Positions 53,601 to 64,000 of a stretch of 64,000 nt of DNA are shown here, piece after piece. The notes under the pieces are model-generated. The model was not told the DNA's origin. It made no database searches and saw only the letters and a program-made list of their open reading frames with translations. Position numbers and translations under genes: made by a program. The first letter of the stretch is position 1, and each line of letters begins with the position of its first letter. The DNA is from Dimorphilus gyrociliatus (Eukaryota; Animalia; Annelida): the NCBI GenBank assembly GCA_904063045.1, contig CAJFCJ010000018.1, positions 496,001 through 560,000 on the forward strand, written 5' to 3'.

Positions 53601-54934
53601 ATGCTGAAGAAGATATACTGTTTAACGATGGTACGATATTTTATATAATTTTAAACTGCGTTTTCTTTTATTTATGTTTATATTTTTTTATATTATTTTT
53701 GTTACACTTGAAGCATTTTCGCTTACATTTCTTTTGTTGTGGCTGTCATCTTTTTTATCACCTTTAGATTGATTATCATTTTTGTTATCTTTTATTTTCG
53801 TCGCCGGAACACAGAGGCCGTGCGCAAAATTCTCCAGGCCGAAAATGGAAGGCGTTCGAGTCTTGAATCGGGGGCTATCGCGATCCAGAAAAAAGGAACT
53901 CGTAAAAATTCATTTTCTTCGAAAGAGAATTTGATTATTGAAAATATCAATCGTTCTAAAGGTTATCGGAATGTTTTACTATTTATTTTGAATAAGCGAC
54001 TAGGAAAGCTTTATAACAATACATTAGCAGCTAATAAATCTTGTGCTAAGTAGATGGTTCGCTTGTTGCAATTATCGCTTTTTGACGCATGCTGTTCATT
54101 CAGAATAATGATTACTATTTCTTCATTGATTAGTTACTGATTTTGGTGAAAATTTCAGGAACCTTAGTTGGGGATGAAATGGCTGTGATTTTGTGCGAAC
54201 TATCGAATCACGGAACTAGATTTGAACAACGTAGGCAGGCTCTGTTGAACTTGTTGAGTTTGGCTCGTGGTAATACTTCAACGGAAGTGGATTGGAATGA
54301 ACATTTTAAAACAGTCCTTCTCCTTCTCCTCGAAACAGTTATAGGAAGCGAGGGAAGTGCTGATAACGAAGTTATATTAAGAGTACTTGCCTTGCGAGCT
54401 CTTCGGCAATTAGTACAAAGACAACACTCAAGATTCCAACCTTACATTGAATTAACGGTTATGAAAGTCATTGAGGCCCAGTCTGAGGGTATCCATAAAG
54501 ATGTTACCAGAGCTGCTGAAGATTGTGCTATTGCAATTGCGGCAACTGCAGATCCAAGACATATTTTAAAAATTATTTCCCCTTTAATTTCAACGGCTGT
54601 TTACCCAAGAAATGTAGCTGCTTTAAAAATGCTTACAAAAGTCATTGAAAATTCGACGAATCAGTTGGTTGGATTAGTTATCAACGAAGTCGTTCCAGTT
54701 TTGCTTGTATCTTACAACAGTACGGAATCCATTGTTCGTAAAACATCCGTTATGGCTCTTGTAGCTATAACCGTTAAAGTTGGCGAAGAAATAATACGAC
54801 CTCACCTGGAAAGTTTGAGTACAAGCAAGATGAAATTGCTAAATTTGTATATTAAAAGAGCTAACGGTCAGGCTAGTGGCGTTGGTTCAACAGCTTCATC
54901 TTCAAATACTGTTCATCAGTCGGATGAAGTGTAA
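47696..54934 (+). CDS. CLASP: CLIP-associating protein (CLASP), starting at the TOG2 region
   Basis: GAAGAVDEDFF, DLRSQIVREACIT, LIPNSAKVMSTSG, RGMEDADSEARAHSRKAF (TOG2); RKRSGIPRSQGASRETSP (SxIP); WSEKREGL..LFQDQHGKVFS (TOG3); C-terminal DWNEHFKTVLLLLLETV..MKLLNLYIKRA (CLIP-interacting domain). An alternative upstream exon MRNLNTLRK lies at 47448. Confidence 0.93.
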
Positions 54935-56722
54935 AATCTTAAGCTTTAACGTTTTTTAGATAAATCATTGCGAAAATGTCTCCTGTTTCGATTTAGTTGC
55001 TGATGTTAATTTTTTGTTAATTAATTCTCATTTGTGTGCTTCATTTCCTATGTGTTTGTATGGAGATCTTTTTCACTCTCTCTGAACTTACCAGAATAAC
55101 AGTATAATCTGATTCGTTTTTTCAAATAAAATGCACACTTGTATCAAAATTATATAAGTGAACTATATCTGGTTATAATGAAACTAAAATGAAGCTTCAT
55201 TTCATAAAGAGTATAAGTCTAAACTTAACGTGCTATTTCTAGCAAATATTTTTGAAATTAATGAACAGAAGCTAACTTTCTAACTTACCGTGTGTTCTCA
55301 TGATTCTCATCTAACAGTTTTTCCTATGTACTTAACAAGACTATTGAAGTTGTGAGATCGAATAATAGCTTTCGAAAAATAGGTCATATTTAAAAGATTA
55401 TTTTATTGTGTAATAAATTGAACGACAGTTTCCGAAAACATTCTTTTACATTTCTTTTCTAAATGTAAAGTATTGACTTTGCATCATTTATTTTAAAGGA
55501 AAAAATTTGATACTATCAGCTTAAATAGTTAAGTGGAAAACCAAATCCATTTAAACAATTCTTTCATCAATTTATTTGTCTGAGAATAACGGAGGTACAA
55601 ATAATTTAATCGAAAATATTCTATAAAGATTTTATTGCTTAAATAATTACCAGATTGACTTGCATATAAAGTTGTTTTTTAATAGTGTAAAGCTGTAGGA
55701 AATCGGATTATGTTGTATTTTCAAATTTAAAAAAAAATCTAAAATAATTATCGACGACCCCATGAAACGCATAAAATAAAGTGTAATTTAGAAACGTTTT
55801 AATGAAATTAGCGAGTCCACCGATAGCGGATATGAAACTATCTTGGATTTTATAAATGTTAAAGATCTAAATCTTAACAATATATTAAAGAACGAGCTAT
55901 AAAAATCTAATGGTAGTATTTTATTGCGTGCCTTAGGTCAATATAGAGTCGATTGACAAACGATTGAACACCTCTCAGTTTGATATATTCAGGAACGCTT
56001 TCTGATCACTCTGTTGGGAATTGTTGTGAACTTTCTCTTTTAAAACAAAGAATACCCAAACTATTTTCATTTATTTGGAGAGTATATTTGTGAAATTTTT
56101 CAATAGTGGAGAGATCAGCAAACAATAAAACACTCGCTTTATTTTTTTTATGTAGACTTCTTGCAGATCTTGATTAAATTGGTTATGAACAAGCAATCGC
56201 GTAATCGTTTAATCCCTTAGACGTAGTTCAGCTAAGTCTTAGTTTCTTTTACAGAAAATATTGACCGGTTTACGACTACTTTTGAGACTAACTCATTAAA
56301 AAAAAGAGGTTGGTAAAATTTTAATTAGAAAGATACGTGGAAAAAGAAACTGCGCGCGGCGATCAAAGTGTTAACTATGTTTAGCGGTCTATAGTTCATA
56401 TTGAACTGAGGAAAGCAAGTTATCGTAGTTTTCCTCAATAAAATATATCTGTTAGTATTTTAGACAAGTAAGTAAAATTAATTATTTGCAGTTTTTTTTA
56501 TTTAATAGTAGTTTATAATATGAAGGCTTAGAAATTCAGATAACAGATATAGATAATTTGTCATATGAATAGATAAGGCATTCAACTTTTATGATTCTTT
56601 AATTTATTTCTATTTGGAGGTCAGACTTAACGTAAATGCCGCCCTGACTGAGTCAGTACTATATTTTATAAACAGTGAGATATCGTAATGCTAACTGCTA
56701 CTAATTGTTAACCAGACATTGA

Positions 56723-59195
56723 ATGAACATGGGTCTACCAATTATCCATATTCTTTGGCCTGAAGATTCCTGCGATATGATTGTAGCTAAGTCAGGAGAG
56801 ACATTGGTTATCAATATAGCGGTTCAATCAGCTACGGAACCGATCGTAACATGGTTCAATCAAGGAAAAAAGCTGGATCAATCAAAAGGATTTAATTCCG
56901 GAAAAATTTGTAGTGGAAGATACTATGCTTCTTTTCTGCATGTCCCTGATAATTGGAATAGTGTAGACGTTTACGCACAAAATCGAGATGGATCAAAGTC
57001 GATTAACATTCCTATTAAAGTTTTCAAAGGTATAGTTTCACTCCTTTAAAGATATAATAAATATATCGTAACGAAATTCTAATTTGCAGTCAGATCCAAA
57101 GCCAAAAATATAAGATCTAGAAAATCTGAAACATTTCGACCTCGTGGTGAGAAAATTATTATTTGTACTATTTATTAAGATAAGTACTTGGTGAAGCGAA
57201 ACCTCAAAGATAAAGCAAATTTTCTGTTTTTCAACTGGATCTGAGGTTGTAAAAAGGAGAAAAGTATAGAATTATTATATATAATCTTTATACTGATATG
57301 CGGCGTATAATAATCGTGTTTATATTGAATATCACAAAAAAGGAAAATCTCTTCGAATAAAATTCCGTTTGTTGTATTTGTTGAACGGCTAACTGCAATT
57401 AATAATTCTCGTTGAATTTTGTCCCAGATTTTCCCACATAACGAATTTTTTTTCAGACTTAGCCATGACTCTTCCTAGAAGAATGATAAGGTCTGATTCC
57501 CTTAATTACACAAGCCATGATCTTAATTCAACTGTTGATTCTACCACTTGTTATACAAATATACCTCTTGCCGGTACTCTTTCAAGATACCGTGAAAGTG
57601 CGAGTTATCTTGGAGAAGATTTAGATGATGTTTTTGAAGATAATTTTAATATTTCCTCTGTTGAAAATCTTCGAAAAAAGACAAAAAGTCGGCGAAAAAT
57701 ATTTAATTCTGCACCAAAGCTCCACAGAACAATGTCATCCCTGGTAAGAACAGATAGAAATAGCATGCTGTTCAATTCATCTGATGTGAGACCAAGATCA
57801 TGTGTATTTGTAACACCAACAATACGAAGACATGTTAAGAGTATTGCCGATTTTAGGGCGCCGCGACAATCAAACGTTCAAGAAGATATATCTTGCCAAG
57901 TATTACCTGTTGGACCCTTAGCTATATCTGAATTCTCATCAGAAGAGAATTTCGCTACTATACCAAAATCACCAATTATTATGTACGAAAGAGAAAAAGT
58001 CTCGCAAATTTCAGACAAAACTAAAGAAGATTCTTTAAATGAGAGTTTTTTAAATAATAACCGCTTCAATGATACTGCAAAAGTGATAAATAATGGAAAA
58101 CCAATAATTAAACAAAAAACTGAGACAAGAAAATCGAATAACTTGATGAAGAGGTTTTCAAACATTTTCAAAAGTTTTAGATCTAAAAAAGAGATTAAGA
58201 TAAACAAAAAAGTGGAAGATCGAGAGCAAGTCCCTGTGAAAAAGCGTTACTCAATGCCTGCTACTGAAGAAAACCAGACGCTGACTGACTTAGATGATGC
58301 TGCCGTTAAAAAATTTTTCAGACAGAACTCGCTTTTTTCGGATAATAGTGAATGTATATCTAAGAGAGGTACTAGTGAAATAGATATTTATCATACCAGT
58401 CTTTCAAATGATTCTGAAAGTGAACGTAGAGAATTAGATTACTTGGATGTTAATAAAGTAGAGGAAAACAAAATTTTCAATAATACCCAATCGGCTCTTA
58501 CCAGTAGAGAAGAGAGTTTAGTAAGTAAGCATATTTGTTCTTTATTCAAAATATTCTTAAGACACCTAAAGCTTTCTTTTATGCTATTTATATGAATAGA
58601 AGTAGAAATTTTCTTTTTGGTAAAAAATATGACATGAAGAAATTGTTCTCATTTCTATAAATAGGATTTAACTTTTCTTTGTTAATCCATTTTGCAGATT
58701 GTGAACAAACCAAAAATCTAACACAACCACTTAAAAGTAATAAATGTAAAGGAATATTATTAAAGACGGGGGAAGATGAAAAAAAAGAAACGGAAAAGGA
58801 AAGAGATGATGAAAATATCGAGAATATTAAATCAGACGACGAAGACACAGATGAATGGAATTCTGATTTTGTAACTGTGACTGAAGTTATGGTTGATATA
58901 TCTCCCCAGAAGTTAAACATAATTTCGGAAGATTACAGTCAAACTGTCGTTAAGGATAGCTATAAACCAAAAACTTTACGAAAATTTTCGGAAAGTGAAA
59001 ATGAGAGAGAAATGGAAAACACTCAAGATATGTTTACTTATTTCTCAAGTAATTTTTTAGGTAAGTTTCTAAAAACGATAGTGGAAATTCCTCATACAGT
59101 AAATATTTACAGGGGTCGTTTTTGCGACAATGGCTTTCGGGATAGCACTAACAGTGAGGATAATTTTAAGTGGGACTTTTGCTAAATTTACTTAA
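56723..59195 (+). CDS. Uncharacterised protein: N-terminal Ig-like (I-set type) domain, long low-complexity region, C-terminal transmembrane anchor
   Basis: Exon 1 has Ig-like features (IVAKSGETLVINIAV..EPIVTWF..GRY..YAQNRDGS). Five exons join in phase. Last exon 59113-59195 encodes GVVFATMAFGIALTVRIILSGTFAKFT*. Confidence 0.65.
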
Positions 59196-59349
59196 TTTCT
59201 TGTCATGTAATATATTTGCTCAAAATTTGACACTTCTTTGAAATATAACTTTCTTGAATTTTTAAACAAATGTTTTATTTGAAAACGGGTTATCAATAGA
59301 AATAGGAAAAACATTCCACGATCAAAATAAACAAATTCGTTTTCTTAAC

Positions 59350-61499
59350 ATGGAAGCTCTTGTAGGAGCTCGTTTTGTTAAAATTAGGAGGTTTTTTATG
59401 TTAATTCTACCCCGAGAAGCTCTTCTTGAAAAAGTGGACGATATTCCAGATTATATTCAAGAAGTGATAGATTTAATCTGTTATTAACAAAAAATAGCTA
59501 TAGTCTATGCTTTTTTAGGCGATTCCTATTTTTCTCTCCTTTATTATTTTAGAAGCATTTTTCTTGGCTCTGAGGAGAAAACCTATACCGAGGCTTAATG
59601 ATGCATTTTCCTCAATTTCAGCAGGATTATTACAAATTGCATTCAGGTATATTTTTCTTGAGGCGCCATCTTACGATTTACACAAAAAATTGGTAGTACC
59701 ATAGTCGGTAATATAGAAGTCATTTCTTATTGTTGGATATGGAAACAATTCCGATTACTCGAAATGGATTGGAATTCATCAATAACTTTTTATACCTGCT
59801 TCTTTTGTGTGGATTTTCAATATTATTGGCTGCATAGATGCTCACATGGTATACATTAATCTTTTGTTTATCAAATAATATATTCATATTTTCAACATTA
59901 GAAGTGCACTTCATGTGGGCCGCTCATCAAGCACATCATAGCTCTGAAGATTACAATTTTACAACAGCTCTAAGACAATCTTGTCTTCAACAGTTTCACG
60001 CTTGGTTATTTTTTGCCCCTATAGCTTTATTTGTACCACCCCAAGTATACGTTGTTCATCATTATTTTAATTTACTCTGGCAATTTTGGCTTCATACTGA
60101 GATAATTGGAGATCTTGGTTTCTTAGAAAGTGTACTCAACACCCCAAAGCATCATCGGGTTCATCACGGTCGAAATAAATATTGTGTTGATAAAAATTAC
60201 GGCGGAATACTAATTATTTGGGATCATGCTTTCGGTAAAATAATTACAGTCTTTTAATAGAAGGTGACATTCACTAAGATCCCTGATACATATGTCGTTT
60301 AAATGCCATTCCTATAAACTAAAATCTAGTTTAAGCGAATTTGAAAAAGTAACTAACCACAACAGGATCGTTTGCTAAAGAAAAAGACAATGTAATTTAT
60401 GGTTTAGTGAAGCCGTTGAGCTCATGGAATCCTTTCGAAATTCAGGTGATTGCAGCATATTGTTCAGGTTTTTTGTATTAACTAAATTAAACTGGTCGAC
60501 TTATGAATTGAGTCAAACTGCAGTATATAATTTAAGAAAGTCCGGTATTCGGTATGAAACTGAAAAAATTTCCTCTCAAGTATAGAAAATTTTTATTGAA
60601 ACTCAGAGAAAATATCTAACGCCCTATCGAATTAAGCTGGTGAAGTACTTATATAATCGATTAATGAGAGTGACTGGCCAGCTTGATCGACTAGATAAAT
60701 TGCGATTCATTTTCCCTGTGAAAATTTTCTATGATTAGCAAATCATTTTCTTGGTAGAACCGTCTTTTTTTGATCAATTAATTACATATCTGATCATTAT
60801 TTCAGTTTCTAAACGGCTTTCTTTTCAGTTTCATGTTTGGAACAGACTTGTTAAAAATATCTACAAAAGCGATCGTTGGCGGACTAAGCTAAAAATCCTC
60901 TTTTATAGTCCATCCTTTGGTTCAAAGTCAAAAAGCTCTCAAGTAAAATATTATTTTTTATAGTAGACTCTGACTCTCTAAAAACATTAATTTGTCATAT
61001 GCTGTATAGAGACATATATAGAATGTCTCACAAATATCTATATATTATATACTATATATAAATATATGCAGTATATATACGTACATAAAACACATAATTC
61101 AAACCTGGACTAATATCAAATTATTACAGCTGAATGAAGAAACTATGGACATTAAGAAAAAGTATGAAAAATGTCCGAAAACACCCTGCTTAATATATAT
61201 ATATGTGAATTTATTTTTCTGCTTCGGATTGTACATTACTTGCTCACAGGTTGCAAAAAAGGATTATATTAAGTAAATTTTTATTCGATTTCCTCCCTCA
61301 CAGTTGTGTTTTTTTCAACGTTTATTAATGGTTTCCTTAATCCTATATACAACATTTGTTAGTGGTCTTTACATGGAAAAGAGGTAAATTTTATTTCTAC
61401 TTTCTAAAAAAGGAAAAAAGCTGTAGGAGGTTCTTTCTACAAGTTGTTTCGATAGTTTACTACTGCATTAGGCGCTTTTACTTTTTGGTGCCACACTGA
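59350..61499 (+). CDS. AGMO: Alkylglycerol monooxygenase (fatty-acid hydroxylase family); 3' end provisional
   Basis: IPDYIQEAIP, RLNDAFSSISAG, DFQYYWLHRCSHE, WAAHQAHHSSEDYNFTTALRQS, WQFWLHTE, NTPKHHRVHHGRNKYCVDKNYGGILIIWD, YGLVKP. Exons are secure to 61383; the terminal exon is uncertain. Confidence 0.9.
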
Positions 61500-62708
61500 A
61501 TGCCAAATATCCCGTGACTGATTGTTTGCTGTTTATTATTATAAAGGCATTCTATCTGTCAGTTAAACTCTATTACTCACTATTTAAGCGTCAAATTTCA
61601 ATATATTACCAAGGTTACATCTGTATAGTAGTATTTACTATAATTATCGGCAACAATCTTTTTAAAAAAAGTTTTCATATGCGACAGATCATCTGCCAAA
61701 TTTCACGATGTCATAAGAATATTTTTATCTCTTCTGATGCTTTGTCGAATCATCCACATCGGTAGTTTGTCAAATCTTCTTATATACACTTGGTTGTTTT
61801 TGAGCTTCATGTATTGTTATTTTTTATGTTGAAAAATAATTTTTTTCATTAGTATTATAAGATAGCAATTATATTATTATTTTAATGAAAAACTATTGAG
61901 TTCTCTAATCGTTACAATTTCTTTACTTTGCTCATCAGTTGTATAAACCCAAATGATATTTATATAATAAATAGATATTAAATTCAGTAGAAATAAATTT
62001 GTCAATAAAAAGCCAATAAAGAGTTTAGTTATCATTTTATGATACGGGTTTGAAGTATAGTGTTTACCAGAAACAAACTTCATTCCTATTCTAGTAGATA
62101 TACTCAATGCTAGGTAAAAAGAGGGAGAAGTTAAATTCAACAGCAAGTGGAAGACTGCTTCTTACTAGAATTTAAAAATAAAATGACTCTCTCCGAAATG
62201 GGTTTGAATTTTAAAGTGACGCCATTCTGGTTACTTTTATATATGTTATTGATTTTTCTCGACACCCTCGAGGTGGATTTGATTATTGGAGTTAGCTTGT
62301 CAAACCAGGCGTCATCTTAATGTCGAGACGTAATAGATCTATCAAGGGGGTAGAAGTAATTAGCAAGATCGATGTAAAATCTTTTCGAAAGAAAGTGAGA
62401 GTCAAAAGCTGCTTACAGTTTAAACTCAACTTCTGAACTTGAAGAATAATAAGTGAAAAATGCGCGTGTCAAAGATGATTATGATCCGGAAGACGTAATT
62501 TTTATCTGTCTTTTAAGCACACCTATATTCTATTTTGCACGATACAGTGAAATGCGAGATTTATTCACGTCATGTTTTCATTGAGTATATAACATATTAA
62601 ACAGAAATAAGACGTCTATGTTGTATTCGCATAGTGGTACACCAAGTGGTAGACCAGACTCACTCTCCAGGTGACGCTATTTTCGTCTTTGTTAATTCTT
62701 AACAGAAG

Positions 62709-63236
62709 ATGACTTCGAGCAGTAACAATTCATCAGTTGCTGATTATAGAAATGAAAAATTGGCTTTAATTGAAATATATGTTCTCTCATGCATTCTTTT
62801 ATCTGCGATTGTTGGAAATTCGATTGTATTAGCATTACTCATCTATCGAAGAGGACGACGAAAATTAACTAATATAAAGTTGCTTATAATGCACTTGTCA
62901 TTGGCAGATCTTTTCGTTGCGTTCTTCAACGTTTTACCTCAGTTGGCTTGGGATGTTACTTTTCGCTTTCAGGGACCAGATAGTTTGTGCCGGCTAGTAA
63001 AATACTTTCAGGTATTCTTATTAATTTTTTTTTGAAGCTAAGAATTTGCCAAGTTTCTTATTGAATTCGTTGCCTCCCGCAGGTAGTTGCCATGTTTGCT
63101 TCCTCCTATATTCTGGTTACGACAGCGGTAGATAGATATGTTGCAGTTTGTCACCCACTCGTTTCTCATACCATAGGACGAAAAAGGGTTTATGTTCTTA
63201 TCTCTGTAGCTTGGGTATTATCCTTAATTTTCTCCG
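62709..63236 (+). CDS. Vasopressin/oxytocin-type (annetocin/conopressin-like) GPCR, TM1-TM4; the gene continues beyond the window
   Basis: Exon 62709-63011 [46 protein letters not shown]; exon 63083-63236 [30 protein letters not shown]. Confidence 0.92.
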
Positions 63237-64000
63237 GTGAGCTCCTATTTCCCTTATAATTTAAGAATATTCTTTTCGCAAATTATAAATATCATATTAT
63301 CAATACTCAAATTCCTATAAACTCAATCGTAAATATTTAGAACTATTTGTGCTTCTGTATTATTTTCATATATAAAAAAAGATGTTTGATGGTTAGAATT
63401 TATTGAAAACTTTTGGGATATTTTAAGAGAATGTTAAGTTTTACATTAATAACAACCAGTCCGAGCCAAATACTTTTAAATAACATATCATTTCTTCGAT
63501 ACTATTATATACATGCGCTCAGTGGTCTCATTTATCCTTCCAATTTTGTATAGATGCAAGCTGAGAAACCTGCAATATCCGAATTTTTGCCGAATATGCT
63601 AATTATTTTTGTTCTAAGATACCTTATATTTAATAATCTAACAAAATGTACTAATGTTAATGAAAAATTTTCATATGAAAATTTACAAGATAGATATATA
63701 CGGCTAAGAAGTTGATAAGGTTTAAGAAATTTTATGACGTCATAGTGATAAAAATCACAGAAGCTTTCTGCCTTCTGCTCATATTCCATTAATATCAGAT
63801 TCAGGGACATTGAACTGATACTAATAGCTAGATTTAATTATTCTTAGCTTTGTCCAGTAGAATAGTTCTTCATATTTTTAAGTTTAAATAGTTTAAATAG
63901 TTTTTGGGACTCAATATTATTAACATGATGCAACAACATGATTTGACTTTTAAAGATTCACTTATTAAATTTTTGCTACAAAAATTTTATTAGACATTTC

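Noticed and set aside
61588-61810. Minus-strand frame with an in-frame TGA (61705-61703) between two open stretches, considered as selenocysteine or readthrough
   Set aside because: Short, no redox motif or homology, no SECIS recognised, and expected by chance in AT-rich DNA.
61877-62146. Minus-strand 89-aa ORF with a hydrophobic stretch
   Set aside because: No homology or clear gene structure; may be the antisense of AGMO 3' sequence.
62148-62156. TGGAAGACT, matching the 5' end of miR-7
   Set aside because: Only 9 nt match; the rest of the mature sequence and a hairpin are absent.
1-64000. CRISPR arrays, rRNA, intact transposons, U12-type introns
   Set aside because: No spaced direct repeats, rRNA signatures, transposase/RT ORFs or GTATCCTT/ATATCCTT donors at inferred junctions were seen. 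A computational scan could still find degenerate elements.

Overview
AT-rich, gene-dense animal genomic DNA with mostly 45-70 nt GT-AG introns. The gene content and intron size suggest a compact-genome lophotrochozoan; a miniaturised annelid such as Dimorphilus is a guess only. I assembled 16 protein-coding genes by hand, in order: ELK/KCNH K+ channel (-, runs off the left edge), TRPM channel (-), membrane-anchored GMC oxidoreductase (+), two-finger C2H2 protein (-), XRCC1 (+), Sp1-4 factor (-), F-box/LRR (-), Rab5 (-), EFHB (+), PP2D1 (-), HEXIM (-), Cys-less pentameric ligand-gated channel (+), CLASP (+), an orphan Ig-domain tail-anchored protein (+), AGMO (+) and a vasopressin/oxytocin-type GPCR (+, runs off the right edge). 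I recognised no tRNA, rRNA, CRISPR array or intact transposon. Strongest leads: (1) a Cys-less, signal-peptide-less pLGIC with an RFX X-box promoter, alternative hydrophilic N-termini and a cytosolic-looking C-tail, a candidate ciliary channel with inverted topology; (2) a C2H2 protein ending in a MORC3-like C-terminal helical module, a candidate DNA-targeting adaptor for MORC; (3) EFHB-Rab5 head-to-head plus PP2D1 and ELK, matching the human 3p24 block as recalled; (4) a GMC enzyme missing its catalytic His; (5) CTCF-like motifs in most intergenic gaps. Exon boundaries were read by eye, and homology calls come from recalled motifs, not database searches.
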